NCBI GenBank assembly: GCA_965644315.1
Contig: CBFFRQ010000043.1
Location: 124,001 to 188,000 of the forward strand
DNA from: Caecitellus pseudoparvulus
Taxonomy: Eukaryota; Protista; Bigyra: Bicosoecida
DNA length: 64,000 bases
Reading direction: 5' to 3'
In this document: positions 51,097-62,003 of the stretch, one piece after another
How positions within the stretch are numbered: position 1 is the first letter of the stretch
Layout of the letters: every line of letters starts with the position of its first letter
Notes under the pieces: model-generated
What the model was told of the DNA's origin: nothing
What the model saw: only the letters and a program-made list of their open reading frames with translations
The model's database searches: none
Position numbers and translations under genes: made by a program

Positions 51097-53131
51097 TCAC
51101 TGGAGACTGCCTGCCACCTTGGACAACGCCAGAGCCGCCGCGCCCCCCATAACTGCAGTCGTGAACATGCTGAAGCCCTGGCACAGCAGGGAGGGCGAGC
51201 GGGCCCGACCGGCCTGTGCCGCCTTGCGCGCTGGGGTCAGAGACACCACCCCCGGCACCGCCACGCCGTACACGCCTTGCGCGGTGGTGGGTCTGAGTGC
51301 GGCCCTGGCAGCGGACCGTGCTGGCGCTGCCACGGCAGTGTCATGCTCCCCGCCACTCTCCTCATACAGACTGACGTCAGAGTCGGAGCCAGAGCTGTCC
51401 GAGACTGACGCCACTGTACTGCGCTGGGAGTGGCCAGCACTGCTGGGCGAGTGGTCAGAGCCGGTGGAGGTGCCAGAAATGAGGGAAGCCGGCGTGGCTG
51501 CATCTGGAGATGGCGAGGCTGCGTCGCTAGAGGTCTCAGGTGACGGGGGAGGGGGCGGGGAGGCTCGAGCTGCCCGCCGCGCAGCCACCTGCCTCACCCT
51601 GCGCGCCACCCTGCGTGAGCGCCTGGCGGGAGGGGAGGGCGTCGTGTGGTCGGAGCTGCTGGCGTCCTCCTCCCCGTCCCCTGTGGATGACGAGGACACT
51701 TCGGAGGGTGGCGAGTCCAGCACCTGCGGCGCCTTCCCTCGCCTCCCAGCACGGGGGCGGGCCCGGGTCCCCCGGGATGCAGCGGCACGGCGGGGTGGCG
51801 TCCGCTTGGCTGCAGGGGCAGGCGCGGGGGCGGCGTCTCCGCGTGGCACCTTGGGCGCTGATGCGTGGGCTGCGGCGAGGTCCGCTGCAGTGGCAGCTGG
51901 GCGGGCACGTCGCTTGCGGCGAGAGCCGCCTGTCGCAGCCGTGGCGGCAGCGGCGCCGGCGGCAGGCGCCTTGGCCGGAGCCGCTGCACCTGCGACGATA
52001 CAGGAGGAGTACCGGCCAGAAGCAGGGGCCAGGGAGGTGAGGATGCGTTCCAGGCGGGCGTAGGGCAGTTGTTCCACGGAACACAGGTCCAGCTCCTGCA
52101 CGGTGCGAACGAATTCGGCCAGGGCGGGCACTGCGCCGGCCGTGTCCGCCGGGGAGCAGGCTCGCTTGGCGGCGATGAGGGCTGCCTCGCTGCGTTCAAA
52201 CTGCCAGGGAAGGCTGCCGTTGGCGCACTGGCAGAGGAGGTAGGCGAGGGAGAGGAGGTCGTTGCGGGGGTGAGGGGCCTGGAAGTCGTGTGCCCAGGTG
52301 GAGATGTACAGCGTCGTGCCGTTGGCGTTGGGGGCCTGGAACTTGTCTTTTCCAAAGAGGTTGCGGTACATCTGACTGCAGCCATAGTCAAGCAGGTATG
52401 CCTGTGTGCGGATCATACGCAGGCCGTGTGCATGGCGTTGCAACGCAGCGTGCACCGGCAAGCGGAGTCAGCGCCTCACCTGGTGCTCGTGCGGCGGCAG
52501 CCCAAACATGATGTTGTCCGCCTTCATGTCAACATACACGAAACCCTTGGAGTGCAGGTGCTTCAGCACTGGCATCTGCGTGTGGGGGGCAGCGCACAGC
52601 GTCTGTGGCAGCGCTGAGAGCGCCCGCAGCAGGTCTCCACGCACCAGCTGCAGCCCCAGCAAGGCAACATCGGCAGCCGGCAAGCCGTCAGGGTGCGACT
52701 GCAGTACATGCGACAACATGCTTGTGCACTTCTGCAGCACCATGTACCGCACTGCCTCTGCCCCTTGCCCTTGCACGCCGTAGTTTTGACCCGGAGCCAG
52801 CTTCGGCACGGCTGTTTGCTGCTTGAGCCAGTTGGCGTACATGCGGCGTTCGAGGCAGAGGGCAGCAGACTCCTGGGACTCCTTTTTCTGGACCTTGCCT
52901 CGCTTTGTCACAACGTGTTTCTGCACCAGCTTCATCGCGTACTGGGCACCTGCCTTTGACACTGCGGCGCGGGAAGGCAAGGGTCTCGCAATTTCCGCAG
53001 GCAGCCTGAAGCACGCGGTTGCCTGACACACCGCTGAAGACCTGGCCGAAGCCACCGCCACCCAGATGTTCGTCGATCTTCCATCCACCCACTGTCTTGC
53101 CCACCCACTCCGCTGGGTCGAGCAAAGCCAT
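51097..53131 (-). CDS. CK1-group Ser/Thr kinase, VRK-like, with long basic/Ser-rich tail and C-terminal hydrophobic segment
   Basis: WKIDEHLGGGGFGQVF, YAMK, HSKGFVYVDMKADNIM, YLLDYG, NGTTLYISTWAH, RNDLLSLAY...GSLPW, assembled across three short introns. Confidence 0.82.
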
Positions 53132-53429
53132 GGCGCGCCTCGGGCAACGGAGCAGAGCGCAACGCTCGTGGCAGCTTGGCGAGTCAAGGAGGCTAGCGAC
53201 AGGCTGTGTCTGAGGCTTGTGGCGATTGCTGAGGGGGTTGGATGCTGAGGCAGAGTGAACGTGCTTTCACTTCATTCCCGCCATTCGGTTGTGCCGTTCA
53301 AGCATGAGTGGCGCAGGGGAGCTGAGACGGCTGTCCCTCGGCTGCGCAAGCAACTATGCGTGCATTGCGAATCTCACAGGGGCGGAAGGGGGCGACCACC
53401 AGCGTCCTATGACCAAATACAGGCTGCAC

Positions 53430-54155
53430 TTAGTGCAGGGGCTCAGCCACGAAGCCGCCGTACACCATGCCTGCCACGGCGCCAGCACCAGCCATGAGGG
53501 TCATGTCAGCTGGGCTGCCGTGCAAGGCCCACCACTCCTGCGCATACGCCCAGAGGGCAGCAGCGCTGTCCAGCGAGGGGTACCCCAGCTTGCAGGAGTC
53601 CTCGCACGACGCGTGCTGCAAGTGGGGGTAGTAGCTCTGCACTGCGCAGGCCACGGCAGCGAGGACTGCTGCGAACACAAGCGCGTACCAGGCCCCCGCC
53701 CCGAAGTCAAAGTCGACGCTGGAGCCGTCCAGCTCCGTCGCCCGTGGGGAGTGCAGGTTGTGTGCTCGGCTGGCCAGGGACAGGCTCTGCGGCGTGGGCG
53801 GGCGTGGAGTGCAGTTGCAGCAAGGTGGCCAGGTGGCAGGGAGAGGCAGCAATGCTGCTTTGGGCTCACCTGGCCTGTGAACGTGGGCTTCTCCCTGCGG
53901 AAGTCCTTCATGGAGGTGGGGCGTGCAGATGCTGTGTCCTGTGGTGTGGGTGGGCGGCGAGCAGTGCAGGCGGGGAGCACGCAGAGCAGTTGCCATGCGC
54001 GGCGTGGGGAAGTGCAGTGCAGCACGATCCCGGCAAACCGCGGCGGAAGCCAGCCAGGCGCAAACACGCACAACTGCAGGCGCTGTGTCAGCTGCCTTGC
54101 CTGACTTGGAGGATTTGCCACGACCCCTGGACCGGCTGCGGGACCCTGACGCCAT
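53430..54155 (-). CDS. RS/basic N-terminus, two-TM membrane protein (paralogue 1)
   Basis: Starts MASGSRSRSRGRG. Two phase-0 introns give a continuous frame. TMs AWYALVFAAVLAAVACAV and LMAGAGAVAGMVYGGFVAE. Confidence 0.65.
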   Translation of the reverse strand: MASGSRSRSRGRGKSSKSGKAADTAPAVVRVCAWLASAAVCRDRAALHFPTPRMATALRAPRLHCSPPTHTTGHSICTPHLHEGLPQGEAHVHRPGEPKAALLPLPATWPPCCNCTPRPPTPQSLSLASRAHNLHSPRATELDGSSVDFDFGAGAWYALVFAAVLAAVACAVQSYYPHLQHASCEDSCKLGYPSLDSAAALWAYAQEWWALHGSPADMTLMAGAGAVAGMVYGGFVAEPLH

Positions 54156-54611
54156 TGTGCGTGGAATGCTGGGTTGGGCAGCGGGACTTGCCGCGCGGCC
54201 ACTCTGGTCTTGGTGACACCCACAGGTGACTGGCCTGTTGGTCGCGAGGAGGGCGCTGGAGATCGCTGCAGTGATTGAACGGGCTTGGGGGTTGTGAGTG
54301 GAAACTCTGGATGCAAATGAATCAGTGATTGCGGGCCACGTCGGCCATACATGGATGGATTTGAATAGGGCAGAGCGGCATTGGAGTGTCGACAGAGCCT
54401 AGTTCCCGCTTAAGGACCTTTTCCTTCGTTCACAATGCACGAGTGCGCCATGGCACCCGCATAGCAACCACATCCCACTAACGGTCCACACTCCTCTGGT
54501 ACACGCACCCAGGGGGGCTGGGCATGTTGCAATTGCAACAGCAGCACTGCCCGACTCCGTCACTGCTTCAAGCCGGTGGCACGCCAGCGCAGCCAGACGC
54601 GAGTTCATGCA

Positions 54612-55492
54612 TTACACCTCGGCGATGAAGCCCCCGTAAATGGCCCCCAGCAGCAGCCCGACAGTGACCATGAAGGGCGTGTTGGTGGGGTCGCTGCCCG
54701 TCCAGCCTGCGACAAGGGCGTCCTGAAAGGACTCGATGGAGGCGACGGTGCCCGTTGGCACGACAGCACCTTGTGGCACGACAGGGCCCTCCTCTTGCCC
54801 TATGACGCGCAGCAAGGCGGCCAGGCACGCCGCTGCCAGGGCGAAGGCCACCGCGAACGTGATGGCCAGTGTGAAGTTCACGGGCGGCAGGCTCTCCTTG
54901 ACGTTGTAAGGGCGGCTGGGGGAGGGGCTGCGGCTGCGGTGCTTCATGGCCCGCGCAGAGGGAGATGCACGGAAGGGCACCTCGCTGTCGCTGTGTGACT
55001 CGCTGTCACTGGCAGCAGCCACAGGCAGCGCTGCCGTTGGCGTGGGCGGCACGGCAGGGGAGCGGGCAGCGATGCCAGGGCGCACCCGGCCCCTGGAGCG
55101 AGGCCTTGAAGCGGCGGGAGGGCTAGGAGACGATGAATCATCACTTTCAGAGTGCTGTGGGGGATCTGGCTTGCGTGGTGCCTTCTGCGAGGGAGGGGGC
55201 GTTACGGTGTGAAACGCGGCCAAGCCACAGCCCGAACGCGGCACGCACCTTGGGGGACTTGAACTTGCCAGGGCTGGCACGGCGCTGGGCAAGCTCGCGC
55301 TTGCGCTCCTCTTGGCGCTTGCGGGCCTGTGGAGGCGCGGGAAGGGGAGTGCATGTGGAGGAAAAGCTGGCAAAGGTGCGTGGGTGTGCAACGGACTTCA
55401 TCGCGGGCTCGCATCACGTCGCTGCGGTGATCGGGGCCTTCCCCGAGCGGATCGGCGCCCCTGCGGCCTGCCGAACGAGAACGACTGGGCAT
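54612..55492 (-). CDS. RS/basic N-terminus, two-TM membrane protein (paralogue 2)
   Basis: Starts MPSRSRSAGRRG; two phase-0 introns; internal RPRSRGR and RSRSPSPSR. TMs FTLAITFAVAFALAAACLAALL and FMVTVGLLLGAIYGGFIAEV. Confidence 0.68.
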
Positions 55493-55667
55493 GCTTGCTG
55501 TGCTGGGTGTAGACACGCGAGCAGCAAGGTTGTGAAGTTCTCTGTGCTTGGGCAGGTGTCGTCGTCCAAATTGTTGTGGCCCTGGCAACGGTCTGGCTCC
55601 TGCTGTGCCAGGCGCAGCCGTTCACGACGCACCTTGCCCCCGCCCTTCCCGACACATGAAAAGTACA

Positions 55668-57911
55668 TTACATGCACCCAGGCGCCCTGCACAGCGCTGC
55701 CAGGGCCAGGCTGGCTGTGAGTGTGGCCAGGGCAAGAGGAGGGTGCGTGCCAACCACGCGGCAAGAGGCCTCCCCCACCCGCCCCTCGCACACCTGCTGC
55801 AGCACCAGCTGACCCACCACGAGCAGGGCCAGAAGGCCACAGGCCGACTGGGTGGGGGTCGCAGCGACCAGCCTGCGCAGGGCGCGGGGTGGGGCTCCGC
55901 CCCAGGCTGCGGTGGCCCCTGCCCCAGCCCACGCTACGCACACCGCCAAGCCCAGCGCAGGCACGGCGCAAGTGGGCGCCAGCGGCACGGCTGCCTTCCA
56001 CCCCAAGCCCACCCCGCCGCCCCAAGCCCAGCTGGCCCGCACCCCCACTGCAGTGCCCACAGCCGCCAGCAGCAGCAGGGTGGGTGCCAGGCGCCAGTGG
56101 ATGGCCACGGCAACTGCCTGCAGGGCCAGGCCCAGGAAGGGTGCCCCTCCACCCAGGCCTTCAATGACCAGTGCCACAGCTGCGGCGAGGGCCAGAGTGG
56201 GTGGGCCCAGCACCCGCACAGGGAGACCCTGCATGCCGCTGTCAAACCCTGTCATGGGCCCATGCTCCGCAGAAGGCAAGGCAGTGCGTAGGGCCCCTCG
56301 CAGAGCGGCGCCTGTGGCACCCGCCCCAGCGATCCAGTGTGCCGCCTGTCCGTGGCACAGGAAGGCGGCGAGTCGGAGGGGGGTGTTGGGGGGGCCTGCC
56401 CCCCCCTCGAAGGCCAAGTGCAGCCAGTGCCCCCAAGCCCCACCCTGCGCGGCTCGCCAGGGGGCCATGGACGCCGCTGCGCTGGGGCGAGGTGGCGCGT
56501 CGGGCGTGTTGCCTCGGTACGCCTGGCCATCGGCCACCAGCGCCAGCAAGGACGCCCCCCCCGCCAGAAGACCCCGCACATGCACTGCCACGAGGCAGAC
56601 GACCACGGCCCACCACAACCACCCGGCACGTGCCTCAGGCATGTCTGAGCCGGCGCTGGGGTACAGGGCTGTGGTCAGTGACGGTTGCAGGGCTGTGTGC
56701 CAGGCCCAGCTGAGGCGAGAGGGCGATGCGGCCAGGCCGGCCAGCACTGCCACCGCGACCAGAGCGGACGCGGCGCCCACCACCCTGTCGGCCAGGGCAC
56801 ACCGCAGCGCCCACTGCCCCCGCCGACGCCAAACCCGACAGCCCTTCGCCACAGCTGCCCGTTGCCACCTGGATTCGTTCACTGCACGTCGGGTGGCCAG
56901 CTGGGTGCAGTGCAGGGCGAGGAGTGGGCGGTATCCGCCTGCGAAGGGGGGCGCGCTGGGGGGCGCACGAGGTCCAGCACCGGACCCCAGTGATCCAGCG
57001 TCGTACGCCCGGTGTAGATCAAGACACCTGGCACCACGCCAGGCTGTGGCAAGGCGGGGGGGCGGAGGGGGCGCCCCCGCGACGGGCGGTGCGCCTGGCA
57101 GAACAACCGGTGGCGCCCCAGAAGGGTGGGCCCACGGCAGGGGCTGCATGCGACCAGGCCCCACCCCGTACTGCACAAGGGGTCCCATGGCGTCCTGCTC
57201 GCCCCCACGAGGGCCCACGCACCACGCCTGCGGGGGAGGGGGAAGGCGCCCCCCTGCATCCAGCTGCCACCGCTGGCCCAGCCTCCCAACAGCCTCCTCC
57301 CCCACAGGCGTGTGTGTGGCCAGCAGCGTCCAGCGCAGGTGAGGCAGGGTGGAGGCGCCTGCGGTAGGCGATGCTTTTCTGGCCGCACTAGGCTGCGTGT
57401 GCCACTGCAGGGTGGTGTGGATGGCTGGGAGGTGTGTGTCGGGCAGCGGCGCCCAGGGCAACGAGACGGGTTTGGGCGGCGGGGCTTGTGCACGCGGCGC
57501 ACGGGGCGCAGCAGCATAGCTTCCCAAGATAGACGTCGCAAGGCAAGCGTCGCTGGAGCCGACGGTCCCAGTGCCGCTGACCTGCACGCGCACCAAGCGG
57601 CGCCAGTGCTCCTCCCACGCCTCGTCGGGCACCGCCTCGACAAAACCAGCGCAGGCGGAGCTGCAGCTCGCCAGAGCACCCTGCACAGCCACCAGGTAGG
57701 GCCCACAGTGAAGTCAGTGGTGGTGAAGAAACCCGCATGCAGTGCTGCGGAGCTGACTCACAAGCGTCGGCACCTCTGTAAGGCTGGCAAGGGTTGTCCT
57801 GGCCGCTGCGACGTGGGCACAACTTCCGCATGCTCGCAGCCGACTGGCGCAGCATACGCGTGGGAATCACGCACCCTCTGGCCACACCAAGCACGAACTT
57901 GCACTGAACAT
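55668..57911 (-). CDS. Multipass membrane protein, possibly a highly divergent PIG-Q/Gpi1 (GPI-GlcNAc transferase subunit)
   Basis: Model start MFSASSCLVWPE plus a mini-exon into the 674-aa ORF. Weak Gpi1-like order of segments (QLATR; LADRVVG; WL...GAGPPNTPLRLAAFL......W; GAPFLGLAL). The CDS is likely real; the family call is weak. Confidence 0.42.
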
Positions 57912-58160
57912 GCTGGCCACCCACCACTTGCCTGCAGCCAGCGCGTCTTGCCGGAGCTCGTGCCTCGCAAGCGGTGGCCTGCTGCTGCGTTTGGCGTTGG
58001 CCCAGGCCTTCGTCGTCCACAAGCGCACGACGTGGGGGCCTGTGCGCAGGCAAGGCTGGACGGCCCATTGGCACGCGTCTGTTGCATTTGAATGTCTGCC
58101 ATCTGTGCTGCGATGCCCCTCGCGACCTGGCAGGCCCCCCCCGCCTGCCGTTGCAGCGCC

Positions 58161-60102
58161 TCAGATGATGACGCCGGCCAGGGCCATCTCGCTGATCCAA
58201 GGGACGATGACAACACGCGTCAGGAAGTACATGGCCACACCCAGGAAGATGCTGATGGGCAGGGCAGGCAGGGCCTTCTTGAACACGCCCAGCAGCAGCA
58301 GCGTGCCGCCCAGTCCTGCCAGGATCGCCACATAGCTGGTGGCCACCGTCGCGAAGTCGTACAGGGCGGCACGCCCCACCAGGACAGAGTAGAAGACAAA
58401 GTCCCCCAGGCCCAGCTTCACACTGCGCTCTGCGGCGTTCAGCTCCTCCACTTCGGCCTGCGCCTCCTCCTCTGTCGGCTGCAGGCGGGGCCGCAGGGGG
58501 ACGCGCTCAGGGTCGGGGCCTTCCCCAGAGCCAGCCGGTGGCGGCGTGGGCGGCGCGGGTGGTGCTGCGGCGTAGATGTCGTCATCCTCCTCCTCGTCCT
58601 CCTCGTCCTCAGTGCCGGAGGAGGGGCGTGTCGCCGCCGGCTGGGAGCCGTAGATGTCGTCGCCGTCGTCCTCGCTATCGTCGCCTCCCTGCGACGGCGA
58701 GTCGTGCTGAGGCGGCGTCGGTGGCGTCGGCGTGCGAGGGGCGCTTGGTCCACGGGGCTTGCCTGCCCCGATGGGGTTGTCCCGGGTGGGCACGGGCTGC
58801 GTGTCGGCGCCTCGCTGGGTGGCGGCGGCGGCGGCAGGGCGCGCAGTAGTGTTTTGGGTCGCCTGCGGCACGAGTGTGTCTCGGACCCGGTCGGGGTCAT
58901 CGTCGCCACCCCTGCCCACGTCGGCCTCGTACAGCAAGCCAGGGATGGGGTCCTGCCGTTCCTGGGCCAGGGCGATGAGGGCACGCAGGGGGCCACAGGG
59001 CGTCAGGACGGCACAGAGGTCATACAGGGCCAGGGCCACCAGGAGCGCCCAGGAGCTCCACTCGGGGAGCTTGGTGATGATCCAGCTCATGATGACCGCG
59101 ACGCAGACCAGGTACCCCTGCGTCACCCACCGGGGGATGCCCTTCTGGTAAAACACGGCCGTCACGCCGACGATGGCGAAGTTCCACATGATGAGGCCAA
59201 AGGTGACCCTGCAGGGGGGGCGACTTGTGCGTGTGTCAGTGGTGGGCAGCGGAGTCTGCGTCTGGCGGACGCACCAGTCAATGGGCACCTCATACACCTG
59301 CCACGCCGTCCACACGACGAACCCGCCTGAGTACCCCAGTAGCATGACGGACGACAGCATGAGGTAGCCCACCTGCACGAAGCGTGGGGAGACCGCGTGG
59401 AGGTGCGCGTGCGGGGGGGCAGTGCAGGGTGCTAGGCGCATCGCACCATGAGCTTGAGCCAGCGCATGTAGTAGCAGAAGACGAGCATGAAGGTGGCGGC
59501 GCCAATGACCCCCACGATGACCAGGGCGTTCAGCACAGCTTGCCCGATGTCTTCTCCCGAGGGCCCTGCTCCAGCTGTGCCGCCGCCTGCGGGTGAGCGA
59601 GGGGGGGGGCAGCGTGTTGGTCGTGGTCGGCATCGGAGCAGCGAGGCCGTCCTTACCGCCGCCCTGTCCACCGCTGTTACTGTTGTCGTCGTACACGAGG
59701 TACACCGAGAGGCCTTCTCGCAGTGCTTCTTCCTCTGCACGTTCGCGGATGTTGGCCACCACCCACCTGTGAGGGGCAGCAGGAGGCGGAGCACAGCGTG
59801 TAGGAGAGGCTTGTGACCAGACCTGCGTAGCCACGTACGAAGCAATGGCCATGGTCAGCGCCACGGGCTTGACCACCGCTGCAAGGTGATCTGCGTTGTA
59901 AATTAGCTCCAGCTCCCCCGCTTCTTCCCCCTGAGCGGCAGCGCAGCGGCAGTTGTGCTCATGCTGCGCAGCTCCATCGCCAGCGTTGCACCGTGAAACG
60001 CCACACCAGCCATTTTCCCGGCGTCGCTGCCCCAGCAACACGCACGTCTATCGGGGCTGGTGCTGGATCAGCGACTCTTGCATCCTTCCGGGCGTCAGAC
60101 AT
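58161..60102 (-). CDS. PSEN: Presenilin (gamma-secretase catalytic subunit, peptidase A22A)
   Basis: ELIYNADHL...PVALTM, LPEWSSW, ALYDLCAVLTPCGPL, KLGLGDFVFYSVLVG, KALPALPIS; both catalytic Asp present; several short introns. Confidence 0.95.
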
Positions 60103-60359
60103 GGCGCCACGGTCAACTGCAGTCTACAGCCACAAGGAGACCGCCGTGTCTGGTCCCGTCTGTGCCGCACCACGTCAAGCGCAAGTGATGAGTCCACCCC
60201 CCTTCACGTTCACAAGCGCGGTGATCGCCCTCAGGTCACCTACAGGACCTCGATTATCACAGACAAATCCATACAGCGTCGCTGTGTGTGTGTGTGGGGT
60301 AAAGAGTGAAGTTTGAAAGCTCCACGCAGGTGATTTCGCGAGGAGCAAGGTGATGAGGG

Positions 60360-60366
60360 AAAAAAA
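60360..60366 (-). terminator. RNA polymerase III T-run terminator of the tRNA
   Basis: T7 on the minus strand 10 nt downstream of the tRNA discriminator base. Confidence 0.75.
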
Positions 60367-60376
60367 GTAAGGGGAG

Positions 60377-60447
60377 TACGACCGCCGGGAATTGAACCCG
60401 GGGTACCTCGATGGCAACGAGATATGTTACCACTACACCACGGTCGT
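60377..60447 (-). tRNA. tRNA-Gly(GCC)
   Basis: Cloverleaf ACGACCG TG GTGT AGTGGTA ACAT A TCTCG TT GCC AT CGAGG TACC CCGGG TTCAATT CCCGG CGGTCGT A (71 nt); A/B boxes intact; AT-rich upstream flank. Confidence 0.95.
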
Positions 60448-60506
60448 ATGAGAGTATGCATTATTTAGTGTATGTAATTCATTTAACACACAAGCTGGTG
60501 CATGCT

Positions 60507-61812
60507 CTATTGCATCGCATCCACAGGGGGGTCTGCAGAGGCTGTATCATCCTGCAGCGGCGCGACGTGGTCCTCCACGGGCCTGCTTTTCTTCAAAATT
60601 GATCGAGGTGTGTTGCTTGGGAGTGGCTTCACATCCAAAGTGGTCGTTTGCGGTGCATCTAACGCTGGCACGTCGGCACCTTTCCTGCTGCGCTCGTCGT
60701 GGGGCGTGGGGCTGGGGCCGCTGACAGCAGCCAGCTTGGCTGCTATGATCTGGTTGATGCGCAGCTTGGCCACCACCACCGCCAGCATGAGCACGAGCAA
60801 CATGCCTGCGATGCTGCCACTGACCATGGCAATGGTGCGGGTTCCGTGCGCCGCAGCAACCTTCGTGAACCGTGGCTCCACAGGGGCAGGCGTGTACGCT
60901 ACCATGTGGCCACCAGGGGACCGCGCCAAGACCTGCAATGCATAGGGCCTGTCTTGCAGCAACCCGCCGACGCGCAGGGTGACGTTGGTGCCTGGCGGCA
61001 GCTGCTGCCACTCAGTTGCCGGCTCCATCGCAGCCTGCACACCACAGGGTGTAGTCAGGACACAAGCAACAGGGGAGCTTGGACAGGGTGCAGCGGCCCA
61101 CAGCGGCGAGCGGAAGGCCCGGTAGGAGTAATTCCCTGCGCCCGCAGGCGTGGCGAATGTGACCAGCAGCGTCATGAAGTCCCCTTCCAACACTAGTTCA
61201 TCTGGATCGTCGTTGGGGGAGATGAGCAAAGTAGAGGATTCGGGCTTCAAGGCTGGCTCATGGTCTGTGTGCAGGGCAGCGCCAGGCCGCGGCAAGGGGT
61301 GTTGCAAGCAAGGGTGGCGTTACATGTCGCACGCGATGGTGCTCACCTGGCAACAGCGCTGAGATGTTGACGACAGCACCCGCGCTGCGTTGCACGTCGA
61401 CGTAGTAGTGCACGTGGTTCCATGGTATGCTGAGGGATGCTGTGCCGCCCGTGGCGCTGACGTTCAGGTGCTCTGTGTCCAGGTCCACTGGGTCGCCTCT
61501 GCCTAGGTGCAGGGACGCTTCACCCCAGCAGGGCTGCACTTCGAAGGTGACGGGCTTGTGCTGAAACTGCAGCCATGTCGCCCACACGGCAGGGAAGTGC
61601 AGGCGGTGCGTCAGCGTTGAGCCCTCGCCGCCCAGCTGCAGCGGCGTGTTGGGTTCCAAGCACCCGGCGCAGTCTGGCAAGCTGTTTCCACGCCACGTGC
61701 AGCACTTGCTGTGGGCGCGCCATGCCGACTCCTGCGCAGGAGCAGCAGTGCATGCCAATAACAACACAAGTAGTCCTGCGAGCCTCCAGTGCGCGCTGTG
61801 AGGGCGATGCAT
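60507..61812 (-). CDS. Type I membrane protein with signal peptide and FN3-like domain (loosely NDNF-like)
   Basis: Signal WRLAGLLVLLLACTAAPA; one intron at about 61265-61348; TLRVGGLLQDRPYALQVLARSPGGHMVAYTP; TM IAMVSGSIAGMLLVLMLAVVVA. Confidence 0.7.
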
Positions 61813-62003
61813 GCTGGGTGGCGGGGCGGGTGCGAGTCTTGTAACGCAGGAGGCCACGTCCGTGACGCAATGGCAGGCTGGCTGCAAATCGCACAGTGGA
61901 ACTGCCAACGTGTGAGCCACACGTGGTGAAGCAGTGGAGCACGTAGAGTTGTTCAGCACTGATTGTATTGTGTGCCTAGTCTGCCATTGCTAGAAGACGG
62001 GCA

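Noticed and set aside
58161-60041. 626-aa presenilin as a single-exon protein with novel insertions
   Set aside because: The odd segments are read-through of short GT-AG introns that lack stop codons.
60283-60296. (TG)n tract
   Set aside because: Short microsatellite with no evident significance.
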